Source: a bacterium (lineage in GTDB: Bacteria; Auribacterota; Erginobacteria; Erginobacterales; DAOSXE01). From it: a stretch of DNA of 64,000 nt. The position numbers and the translations under genes were made by a program. Of the stretch, positions 56,365 to 64,000 are shown in pieces. The stretch spans positions 27,552 through 91,551 of the forward strand of contig DAOSXE010000001.1 of the NCBI GenBank assembly GCA_035380285.1, in the 5' to 3' direction. Under the pieces are notes generated by a model, which searched no databases, was not told the origin of the DNA, and saw only the letters and a list, made by a program, of their open reading frames with translations. Every line of letters begins with the position of its first letter. Within the stretch, counting starts at the first letter, position 1.

Positions 56365-56734
56365 GAACCGCAACCTGGTGCTGGTAGTGGACGACGAGGA
56401 AGACCTGGTCATCGCCCTCAAGGCCCGGTTTCAGTCGGCCGGGTACGAGGTGGAGGTCGCCCGGGACGGTTTGGAAGCGTTGCGCAAGGCTCGCACCCTC
56501 GACCCCGACGTCATCATCCTCGACGTCATGCTCCCCAAGATGGACGGTTTCAAGGTCTGCCGTATGCTCAAATTCGACAACCGCTACTCCCGGATCCCGG
56601 TGCTCATGCTTTCGGCCCGGGGGCAGGAGGTTGACCAGGAGATGGGGAAGAAGGTGGGGGCCGACGATTACATGGTCAAACCCTTCGATTCGGCCAAGCT
56701 CATGAGCCGGGTCAAGGAACTGTTGGGGAACTGA
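56357..56734 (+). CDS. Single-domain CheY-like response regulator
   Basis: GTG start overlapping the kinase gene. LVLVVDDEEDLV ... DVIILDVMLPKMDG ... KPFD. Confidence 0.8.
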   Translation: MSENRNLVLVVDDEEDLVIALKARFQSAGYEVEVARDGLEALRKARTLDPDVIILDVMLPKMDGFKVCRMLKFDNRYSRIPVLMLSARGQEVDQEMGKKVGADDYMVKPFDSAKLMSRVKELLGN

Positions 56735-56744
56735 GCGGAGCCTC

Positions 56745-58586
56745 ATGTTCGAGAACGAGGAAAACGTCGTCGTCAACCGCCTGCTGGACGCGGGCCGGAT
56801 CGACGAGGAACAGCTCGACCGGGCCCGCAAATCGGGGATCAAGCCCCTGCACGAGGCCCTGATCGAACTGGAGTTTCTCGGCCAGGACGAAATCTACGAA
56901 ACCATCGCCCTGGAGTTGGGGGTTCCCTACGCCAACTTATCCAATTATATGGTGGACGAGGACGTCTTCACCCTGATCACCGAGGAAGTCGCCCGGCGGT
57001 TTCAGATCTTTCCGCTCTACCTTCTCGAGGATTCGATCGGCCTGGCCATGGCCGATCCCCGCAACGTCGAGGCACTGGATCAGGTGGCTCTGATGACGCG
57101 CCTGACCGTCGATCCCTTCCTGGCTTCGCCGCGGGACATCAAGCGGGCGATCGAGCGCCGGTTCCAGTCCCAGATGGGGTCCGTGGAGGAAATGATCGAG
57201 GACCTTGAGGTCACCCGCCTGATCGAGGAGGAGGAGGAGATCCCCGAGCTCAAGGATCTGACCGACGAAGCCCCGATCACCAAGCTCGTCAACCTGATCC
57301 TGGCCCAGGCCGTCCGCGACCGGGCCAGTGACGTCCATATCAACCCCGACGAAAACGCGCTGAGGGTCCGGTTCCGCATCGACGGGGTCCTTTACGAGGT
57401 GCCGTCCCCCCCGCCCCGGCTGCGGGCGGCGATCACCTCGCGGATCAAGGTCATGAGCAATCTCAACATCGCCGAGACCCGCAAACCCCAGGACGGCCAC
57501 GTCCGGCTCAGGATCGAGGGCAACGACATCGACATCCGCGTTTCGACCCTGCCCACGGTTCACGGCGAAAACGTGGTTCTGCGCATCCTCAATTCCAGCA
57601 GCGTCATCGTCGGCCTCGATCAATTGGGGTTTACCAGCCGCAACCTGGAGATATTCCGTCAGATCATCTTCAAGCCTCACGGGGTGCTGCTCAACACCGG
57701 TCCCACCGGGAGCGGGAAGACCACGACCCTCTACACCGCCCTGCAGACGGTCAACAGCATGGACAAGAACATCATCACGGTGGAGGACCCGGTGGAATAC
57801 CGACTGCGCCTCATCCGTCAGGTCCAGGTCAACCCCCGGGTGGGGCTGAGCTTCGCCTCCGGTTTGCGGTCGATTCTGCGCCAGGACCCGGACATCATCA
57901 TGGTGGGTGAAATCCGGGACGCGGAAACGGCCGAGATCGCCATTCAGGCGGCGCTGACCGGGCATTTCGTCCTCTCCACCCTGCACACCAACGACGCCGC
58001 CGGCGCCATCCCCCGGCTGATGCACATGGGGGTCGAACCGTTCCTGGTGGCGGCGGCGCTGGAGGCGATCATGGCTCAGCGGCTGGTCCGGAGGATCTGC
58101 CCCCAGTGCCGGGTCGCCTACGAACCCCATCCCCTGGTTCTGAAACAGATCGGACTCGACCCCGAAAAGAAAGTCGAATTTTTTCGGGGAGAAGGCTGCG
58201 ATTTATGCCGCGGCACGGGGTACAAGGGCCGGGTGGCCATCTTCGAGATCATCGAGTTGAGCCCCGCCATCCGGCACCTGGCCATAGCCAAGGCCGGGAG
58301 CGACGACATCATGGACGCCGCCATCAGGGAAGGCACGGTGTCCCTCAAAGACGACGCGCTGCGCAAGGTCCTCGACGGAGAGACCACGGTGGAGGAGATG
58401 GCCCGGGTCACCGGGACCAAAGTCGATCTCGGGCCCCCGGAAGCGGAGGCGCCGGGCTCCTCCGGAGAGGCGGGGGAGGGGGAAGAAGTCCTTCCCGAAA
58501 CGGTTTTCGAGGAGGAAGGCGCCTCCGACTCTCTTTCGATCGACGACTACGAGCGGCAGATAACCCACTGGCTGGCAAAAAAATAG
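56745..58586 (+). CDS. Type IV pilus / type II secretion assembly ATPase (GspE/PilB family)
   Basis: N-terminal T2SSE_N. Walker A GPTGSGKTT. Asp box. His box. Tetracysteine CPQC ... CDLC. Confidence 0.9.
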   Translation: MFENEENVVVNRLLDAGRIDEEQLDRARKSGIKPLHEALIELEFLGQDEIYETIALELGVPYANLSNYMVDEDVFTLITEEVARRFQIFPLYLLEDSIGLAMADPRNVEALDQVALMTRLTVDPFLASPRDIKRAIERRFQSQMGSVEEMIEDLEVTRLIEEEEEIPELKDLTDEAPITKLVNLILAQAVRDRASDVHINPDENALRVRFRIDGVLYEVPSPPPRLRAAITSRIKVMSNLNIAETRKPQDGHVRLRIEGNDIDIRVSTLPTVHGENVVLRILNSSSVIVGLDQLGFTSRNLEIFRQIIFKPHGVLLNTGPTGSGKTTTLYTALQTVNSMDKNIITVEDPVEYRLRLIRQVQVNPRVGLSFASGLRSILRQDPDIIMVGEIRDAETAEIAIQAALTGHFVLSTLHTNDAAGAIPRLMHMGVEPFLVAAALEAIMAQRLVRRICPQCRVAYEPHPLVLKQIGLDPEKKVEFFRGEGCDLCRGTGYKGRVAIFEIIELSPAIRHLAIAKAGSDDIMDAAIREGTVSLKDDALRKVLDGETTVEEMARVTGTKVDLGPPEAEAPGSSGEAGEGEEVLPETVFEEEGASDSLSIDDYERQITHWLAKK

Positions 58587-58611
58587 CCCGGCCTCCCGAA
58601 GGGGAAAAACC

Positions 58612-59484
58612 ATGTACGAGAAATACTGGGGTTTGAAGGAAAAGCCGTTCCGCAACACCCCCGACCCCAAGTTTCTCTGCGATTTCAGCCAGTACTCCGA
58701 CTCCCTGATGAAACTGACCTACTCGGTCAGGGAGAACATGGGAGCGGCGCTCCTCACCGGGGTCTTCGGCTGCGGCAAGACCCTGGTGGCCCGGGCCCTG
58801 ATGAACGGTCTCAGCCGCGGCAAATACGCCTTCGCCTACCTATCCTACCCGCCGGCCTCGGGCGGCGAATTCCTGCGCGCGGTGGTCAGGACCCTCAAAT
58901 ACAGCGAACTCCCGGAAAAGAAGACCGAACTCATGGAAGACGCGCTCTTGGAAGCCCTGCAGGGACAGGTCCAGGACAACGAGAGAGAGGGGAAAGAGAC
59001 GGTCATCATTCTCGACGAGGCCCACGCCGTGGAGAACGACCAGATCTTCGAAAAGGTCCGCTTGCTGCTGAACTTCCAGAAGGAGGACCGGTTTCTGGTC
59101 AACCTGCTTCTGGTCGGGCAGCCGGAGCTGCGGAACAAGGTCGCCAACCTCCGGCAGCTCGACCAGCGGATCGCCATCCGCTGCCACCTCAACCCGCTCA
59201 CCCGGGAACAGAGCGCCGACTATATCCGCCGCCGGCTGGGGACGGCGGGAAGGGAAGACGAAATTTTCACCGAGGAAGTGGTGGAAGAGATATTCAAGGA
59301 AACCGGCGGCATTCCCCGGCGGATCAACCACCTCTGCGATTTGGGGCTGATGACGGGGTTCGCCCGCAAAGCCCCGCGGATCGATGCCGCCGTCTTCCGC
59401 GAATCCCGGGAAATATTCGCCGGCACCGCTCCCGGAACCGGAGGAGAAAGCGGTGGGGAAATCCCTGCTTTTAGTCAACCATAA
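58612..59484 (+). CDS. ExeA/GspA/MshM-like AAA ATPase
   Basis: Canonical N-terminus MYEKYWGLKEKPF. P-loop GVFGCGKTL. AAA_22 architecture. Confidence 0.75.
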   Translation: MYEKYWGLKEKPFRNTPDPKFLCDFSQYSDSLMKLTYSVRENMGAALLTGVFGCGKTLVARALMNGLSRGKYAFAYLSYPPASGGEFLRAVVRTLKYSELPEKKTELMEDALLEALQGQVQDNEREGKETVIILDEAHAVENDQIFEKVRLLLNFQKEDRFLVNLLLVGQPELRNKVANLRQLDQRIAIRCHLNPLTREQSADYIRRRLGTAGREDEIFTEEVVEEIFKETGGIPRRINHLCDLGLMTGFARKAPRIDAAVFRESREIFAGTAPGTGGESGGEIPAFSQP

Positions 59485-60889
59485 CCCGTCGCAGCTCGCT
59501 TCCTGGCGGGCCCGGCTGGAAGGATGGGGGATACCCTGCGCCGCCACCGCGGATCCTTTCACCGCCCTGCAGTTGCTCCACCTCCAGGAGACGGGGGGGA
59601 TGATCTGCCGGGAAGACCTCCCCATCATGTCCGGCCCGGAACTGGCCCGCCGCGCCCAGCGCAGCCACCCCCGCCTGGCGGTTCGAGTGATGGGCCGCCC
59701 CCGCGGGGGAGAACTTTCGGACGTCGACTACCACCACGGCGCGGTTTCCTTTCTGGAAGCGGATTTTCTCACCGCGGCCGGCAGGGTCCTGCTGGCCTCG
59801 GGAATGCTCCTCACGGAAGGGTGCGGGGAAAAGCTTCTTTCCTTCTCTTCCGATTACCCCGAGATCGTGGGGCAGTCCGGCGGTATTCGGGAGGTCTTCG
59901 ATCTGATCGACAAGGTCCGCGACCGCGACGTCACCGTCCTCATCCGGGGAGAGTCGGGCACGGGGAAGGAACTGGTGGCCCGGGCCATCCACCGGACCGG
60001 GATCAGGGCCGGGAAACCGTTTATTTCGGTCAACTGCGCCGCTCTTCCCGAAAGTCTTCTGGAGAGCGAACTCTTCGGCCATGAAAAAGGAGCCTACACC
60101 GGGGCGGATTCCCGGGTGGTGGGAAGGTTCGAGCAGGCCGACGGCGGCTGCCTGTTCCTGGACGAGATCGGAGACATGAGCTTCGAGACCCAGGCCAAGA
60201 TCCTCCGGCTCCTGGAAGGCCACGAATTCGAGCGGCTGGGAGGACGGACCCCGATCCGCGTGGACGTTCGGGTGCTCGCCGCCACCAACCGGGACCTGGA
60301 GACGGCGGTTCGGGAACACCAGTTCCGGGAGGACCTGTATTACCGGATCGGGACCTTTCCCATCTTCATCCCGCCGCTGCGCTCCCGCCGCGAGGACATC
60401 CCGCTTCTGATCGGCGCGGTTTTAAGAAACTTCAACCGTTCCACCGAGAAAACGGTGAGCGCGGTTTCGGAAAAAGCCCTGGCCCGGCTCATCGCCTACG
60501 ACTGGCCGGGAAACATCCGCCAGTTGGAGAACCTGGTCCGCCGGGCGGCGATCCTGGCGGGAGGGGGGGTGATCACCGAGGTCGGCGTCGATACCGGGGA
60601 AGAGGTCCCGGGGGGGAGCCGGGCCGGCCCTAAACCGGATTCCGATCCCGCTGCCGCCGGTTTCGCCGCCGAGGAGGGGGAACCGCCGGCGCCGAGGCCG
60701 GAAAGGATACGGTCTCTGGCCGAAGCCGAGCGCGAAGCCGTGATCGAGGCCCTGCGGATCGCGGACAACAACATCAGCCGCGCCGCCCGGGGCCTGGGAA
60801 TATCCCGGGCGACGCTCTATAAAAAAATCAAGGAGTACGGGGTCCGCGAGAGCGGGAAGGAAGGAAAAGACGGCGGAGGGGATCCGTGA
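59453..60889 (+). CDS. Sigma54-dependent transcriptional activator (PilR-like; degenerate receiver + AAA+ sigma54 interaction domain + Fis-type HTH)
   Basis: GTG start with GGAG RBS. Overlaps exeA-like gene by 32 nt. GAFTGA-type region ESELFGHEKGAYTGA. Walker A GESGTGKE. C-terminal HTH NISRAARGLGISRATLYKKIKEY. Confidence 0.8.
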   Translation: MGKSLLLVNHNPSQLASWRARLEGWGIPCAATADPFTALQLLHLQETGGMICREDLPIMSGPELARRAQRSHPRLAVRVMGRPRGGELSDVDYHHGAVSFLEADFLTAAGRVLLASGMLLTEGCGEKLLSFSSDYPEIVGQSGGIREVFDLIDKVRDRDVTVLIRGESGTGKELVARAIHRTGIRAGKPFISVNCAALPESLLESELFGHEKGAYTGADSRVVGRFEQADGGCLFLDEIGDMSFETQAKILRLLEGHEFERLGGRTPIRVDVRVLAATNRDLETAVREHQFREDLYYRIGTFPIFIPPLRSRREDIPLLIGAVLRNFNRSTEKTVSAVSEKALARLIAYDWPGNIRQLENLVRRAAILAGGGVITEVGVDTGEEVPGGSRAGPKPDSDPAAAGFAAEEGEPPAPRPERIRSLAEAEREAVIEALRIADNNISRAARGLGISRATLYKKIKEYGVRESGKEGKDGGGDP

Positions 60890-60957
60890 TTTCTTGAGCG
60901 GCGACGGCATTGCCGGGCCGCATCACGGCAACAGCGAACCGACGAGGCGGAACAACC

Positions 60958-62178
60958 ATGGCGATTTACCGATATAAGGCGCGCAGCGACGCGGGCAAGG
61001 TGCTTTCGGGGGCCCTTGAAGCCTCGTCGGAGCAGGCCGTCGTCCGGCAGCTGGAGGAGATGGGCTACACCCCCATTTCGGTCAAGCTGGAGAAGGCTTC
61101 CCGCAAGTCCCAGAAACGCGGGATCTTCGGGCAGATGGAGAAAGTGAAGGGCAAGGACCTGGTCATGATGACCCGGCAGCTTCACTCCCTGATCCATGCC
61201 GGTATCCCCATCATGATGGCCCTCGACGTTCTGGAAAAGCAGTCCCAGAACCAGACCCTGCGCGGGATCCTGACCCGTGTCCAGGAGGAGATCAGCGGGG
61301 GCGCCAGCCTCTCCGACGCGCTGCGGAACTTCCCCGGGGTCTTCGACGACCTCTACGTCAACACCGTCCTGGCCGGGGAGACGGGCGGGGCGCTTCCCGA
61401 AGTGCTGGGGCGCCTGGCCGACCTCCTCGAATCCGAGCAGGAAACCCGGACAGCGGTCAAGTCGGCGGTGCGCTATCCCATGATCGCCCTGACGGTCCTG
61501 ATCATCGCGTTCGTGGTCATGAGCACCATGGTGGTTCCCAAGTTCGCCAAGATCTTCACCGCCATCAAGATGGACCTGCCGCTGCCCACCCGGATGATGA
61601 TCGCCATGAGCAACGGCATGCTTCATTATTACTGGATCCTCATCCCCGCCGTCATCGCCGCGATCTTCGCGTTCATCGCCTACGGCCGGACCAAGAAAGG
61701 GCACTATCAGATCGACCGGCTCAAGCTGAAGCTCCCCATCTTCGGTCCGCTTTTCACCAAGCTGGCCATGTTCCGCTTCACCAAGATGCTGGCCACCCTG
61801 GAGCGGAGCGGCGTTCCCATCCTCAAGATCATCGAAATCGTCTCCATGACCGTGGGCAACGACATCATGGCCGAACAGCTTCTGGAGATGCGCAAGGACA
61901 TCCGCGACGGCAAGGGCATCTCCGAATCGATCATGGCCCGGCCGGTCTTTCCCCCCATGGTCAGCAACATGCTCTCGGTGGGGGAGGAGACGGGGCGCCT
62001 GGATGAAATGGCGGAATCGGTGGCCTATTACTACGAGCAGGAGATCCGCTACACCGTCGCCACCCTGACCGATCTGATCGAACCGGTGATGACCGTTTTT
62101 ATCGCCGGGTTCGTGCTCCTCTTCGCCCTGGCCATCTTCCTGCCCATGTGGGACATGATCAAGATCGCCCAGCGCTGA
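60958..62178 (+). CDS. Type IV pilus / T2SS inner-membrane platform protein (GspF/PilC family)
   Basis: Two T2SSF repeats. Starts MAIYRYKARSDAGK. Conserved LPMWDMI C-terminal end. ORF-track start 48 nt earlier. Confidence 0.85.
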   Translation: MAIYRYKARSDAGKVLSGALEASSEQAVVRQLEEMGYTPISVKLEKASRKSQKRGIFGQMEKVKGKDLVMMTRQLHSLIHAGIPIMMALDVLEKQSQNQTLRGILTRVQEEISGGASLSDALRNFPGVFDDLYVNTVLAGETGGALPEVLGRLADLLESEQETRTAVKSAVRYPMIALTVLIIAFVVMSTMVVPKFAKIFTAIKMDLPLPTRMMIAMSNGMLHYYWILIPAVIAAIFAFIAYGRTKKGHYQIDRLKLKLPIFGPLFTKLAMFRFTKMLATLERSGVPILKIIEIVSMTVGNDIMAEQLLEMRKDIRDGKGISESIMARPVFPPMVSNMLSVGEETGRLDEMAESVAYYYEQEIRYTVATLTDLIEPVMTVFIAGFVLLFALAIFLPMWDMIKIAQR

Positions 62179-62429
62179 ACTTCCGTCCAAAGGAAAGCCA
62201 CCTTCCTCAAGGAAGAACAGGGAGCGAAAACCGATCAATTATTTATCATTGGCGACAATATATACAAATAAATGTTTATTTAATGAACAACATCCTCCGA
62301 AAATAGCTGACATTCTGGCTTCGCTGATATTTTTCTCGACCACACGCTATCTTCCGGACCGAAGACAATATCGGTATCTCTTTTCCGGGCAGCATCTTAA
62401 AAATATGCGCCGGGAACCACCCTCGTATT

Positions 62430-62446
62430 TGGCATGACTGTTGCTT
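62430..62446 (+). promoter_or_regulatory. Sigma54 (-24/-12) promoter of the pilin gene
   Basis: tTGGCATgactgTTGCTt: GG and GC separated by exactly 10 nt. About 50 nt upstream of the pilin ATG. Preceded by about 250 nt of AT-rich DNA and with a sigma54 activator encoded immediately upstream. Confidence 0.65.
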
Positions 62447-62494
62447 CTATTAAGGCGCGGACAAACCGGAAACCCCTTACCAAGGAGGTAAGAC

Positions 62495-62800
62495 ATGAAG
62501 GGTTTTACGCTGATTGAACTGATCATCGTGATCGTGATCATCGGCATTCTGGCCGCGGTCGCGATCCCCAAGTACCTGGACCTGCAGGAGCAAGCCCAGA
62601 AGGCGGCCCGTGACGGCAACGTTTCCGCCGTCCGTTCCGCGGTGACCATGTACTATGCCGAACAGGCCGCCGCCGGCGGACCGTCCTTCCCGGCCACCAT
62701 CGTGGCCGACCTCTTCGCCGACGCCACGGTCCCCCCGACCGTCAACGGGACCTGGACCTGGTCCTACGATTCGGCCACCGGCACGGTTTCCACCAACTGA
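62495..62800 (+). CDS. Type IV pilin / pseudopilin with class III signal peptide (3-residue leader)
   Basis: AAGGAGG RBS. MKG|FTLIELIIVIVIIGILAAVAIPKY prepilin peptidase site with E+5. 98-aa mature protein with Ser/Thr-rich C-terminus. Confidence 0.85.
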   Translation: MKGFTLIELIIVIVIIGILAAVAIPKYLDLQEQAQKAARDGNVSAVRSAVTMYYAEQAAAGGPSFPATIVADLFADATVPPTVNGTWTWSYDSATGTVSTN

Positions 62801-62821
62801 AACGGGCAACAGGCATGATAC

Positions 62822-62862
62822 GAAAGGGCCTCCCCTCATGGGGAGGCCCTTTCGTATTTCCG
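62822..62862 (+). terminator. Rho-independent terminator after pilin gene
   Basis: AAAGGGCCTCCCC-tcat-GGGGAGGCCCTTT hairpin followed by cgTATTTcc. Confidence 0.6.
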
Positions 62863-62914
62863 GAAGCGTCCGGCCGGATCGCGCCCCGCGCCGGGCGGGG
62901 GGAGGTCAGACGGG

Positions 62915-64000
62915 CGTGAAAACGAACCGCCGGGGAGCCGGGGAAGGATGGGCCGTTCCCCTGGCTTGGTTTATTCCGGTGGCCGTGGCCCTGGTCTACT
63001 TCCCCGTCTTGACCGGGGAGTTCCAGCTCGACGACTACAACATCATCCGCCACAACCCCGCCCTGCTCCGGGGCTGGGGCGCGGCGGCGGCTTTCTGGCC
63101 CTCCCGGGCCCTGGCCCTGTGGAGCTTCCGCCTCAACTTCCTCGTCGGGGGTTGGTCCCTTCCCGGATTTCACGGTTTCAACATAGCTCTGCACGCCGCG
63201 TCCGCCCTCGCTCTCTACGGGATCCTGAGGATTTTGCTGGGGCGGACCCCGGCCGCGGCCGCGGGGGCCTTTTTCGGGGCGCTGTTTTTCGCGGTCCACC
63301 CCGCCGCCACCCAGGCCGTCAGTTACGTGGTCCAGCGGTTCGTCTCCCTGGCCGGCTGCCTGGTCCTGGCCGCCGTCCTCGGTTACCTGTCCGGGCGCCG
63401 GGCGTGGCTGCGGGGGGAAGGGAGAGCCGAGATCGCCGTTCCCTACCTGGCGGGGCTGGCCTGCTTCCTGGGAGCTTCCTTTTCCAAGGAGTCGGCGCTG
63501 GTGCTCCCGGCGGCCATCCTGGTCGGCGAAGCCGCGTCGTCTTCGGCGGAGCGCCCGCGGAGCCGGCGCCTGCTCTTCGCGCTGCCCTGGGTGCTGGCGG
63601 TTCTGGTCCCGCTGGCGGCGGTGGCCGCCACGGCGGCCCGGCCGGAAGGGGAAGGGATGGACGGATTTTACTACCGCCGGAATTTTTCGTCCGGCTCCGC
63701 CGCCCTGACGGTCCCGGCTCAAGGCGTCAGCCTCGCTTCCCGCCGGGAATACCTCTACACCCAGTTGAACGCCTTCCGGGATTACCTGGCTCTGGCCGCC
63801 GTACCAGTGGGCCAGGCGGTCTACCACGAGCTGGAGCCGGCGCGCTCCCTGCTCCGGGCGGACGTGGCGGTTTCGGCTCTGCTCCTGTCCGGCTTCCTGC
63901 TCCTGGGAGCGCGGCTTCTGGGCGCCGGTTCGGTGGGAGGAGGAGGGATGCTCTGGTTCGTGCTCTGTCTTCTCCCCACTTCTTCGGTGGTGGTGCTCTG
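62915..64000 (+). CDS. TMTC-like DUF1736 membrane protein, paralog 3 of 3; 3' partial (runs off window)
   Basis: Open frame from in-frame stop at 62816 to window end; first start GTG. Motifs GEFQLDDYNIIRHNP, FNIALHAASALALYGIL, HPAATQAVSYVVQRF and SKESALVLP parallel paralogs 1 and 2. Not in ORF track because no stop within window. Confidence 0.6.

Noticed and set aside
59384-59452. ORF-track ATG start of the sigma54 activator 69 nt upstream of the chosen GTG
   Set aside because: That start would add a 100-nt overlap with the exeA-like gene and a Pro/Ser-rich non-conserved extension. GTG at 59453 has a GGAG RBS and begins at the receiver-domain-like segment.
60817-62238. 473-aa minus-strand ORF antisense to pilC/gspF
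   Set aside because: Plus-strand product has the conserved T2SSF repeats and LPMWDMI C-terminus; minus product is low complexity.
1-64000. CRISPR arrays, rRNA genes, IS elements
   Set aside because: No regularly spaced direct repeats, no 16S/23S/5S-like conserved stretches and no transposase-like ORFs or terminal inverted repeats were seen anywhere in the window.

Overview
High-GC (~68-70%) bacterial chromosomal segment, densely coding on both strands. I call about 60 features, in four parts.

1. Housekeeping core (roughly the first 21.7 kb):
- 5'-partial comF-like gene, an RluB-type pseudouridine synthase and clpB.
- TMTC-like membrane protein number 1, a CBS-domain CPA1 antiporter and a translationally coupled HTH-EIIA(Ntr-like) regulator.
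- DUF493 protein, hybrid histidine kinase and dnaJ.
- ileS with a near-consensus sigma70 promoter, dksA-like gene, lspA, lgt and rluD.
- gmk-rpoZ-coaC on the minus strand.
- manA-like gene, yicC and a separate coaB, which overlaps a small lipoprotein gene below the ORF-track length cutoff.
- tRNA-Cys(GCA) with a rho-independent terminator.

2. Accessory island directly after the tRNA (about 21.8-25.9 kb):
- An AT-rich core (about 42-45% GC, with one intergenic stretch near 25% GC) encoding a secreted protein, the N-terminal remnant of a Hanks-type kinase and a zinc-ribbon membrane protein.
- Then two paralogous alpha-helical immunity-like proteins bracketing a hicB-hicA toxin-antitoxin pair and an MtfA-like zinc peptidase.
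- No integrase or recombinase is present.

3. Second core block:
- ahcY, lptG and lptF.
- An ArnT/PMT-like GT39 membrane transferase in an ATGA-coupled operon with glgE, a GlgM/GlgA-type GT4 synthase and a DUF4405 protein.
- A DUF4032-like small protein, nagZ, thrC and an FAD-dependent oxidoreductase.
- A GT2 polyprenol-phosphate sugar synthase-like gene overlapping a large secreted beta-helix plus FG-GAP-repeat protein.
- An MBL-fold hydrolase, an Mpl/MurC-family ligase, folC and nagA.
- A DUF2029/GT87 membrane protein divergent from TMTC-like paralog number 2.
- miaB and mutS.

4. Type IV pilus / MSHA-like module at the 3' end:
- Hybrid PilS-like kinase, CheY-like receiver, PilB/GspE ATPase, ExeA/MshM-like AAA ATPase, sigma54 (PilR-like) activator and PilC/GspF.
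- A clear -24/-12 sigma54 promoter, then a pilin gene with a 3-residue leader and a Ser/Thr-rich C-terminus.
- A terminator, then a third TMTC-like (DUF1736) GT-C-fold protein that runs off the window.

The two most interesting observations:
- The tRNA-Cys island.
- The three TMTC-like putative protein O-glycosyltransferases, together with GT39, GT2 and GT87 genes, one sitting directly downstream of the sigma54-driven pilin gene. This suggests an undescribed pilin or surface-protein O-glycosylation system.

Coordinates are derived from the supplied ORF track. Exact boundaries of RNA and regulatory features may be off by 1-2 nt.
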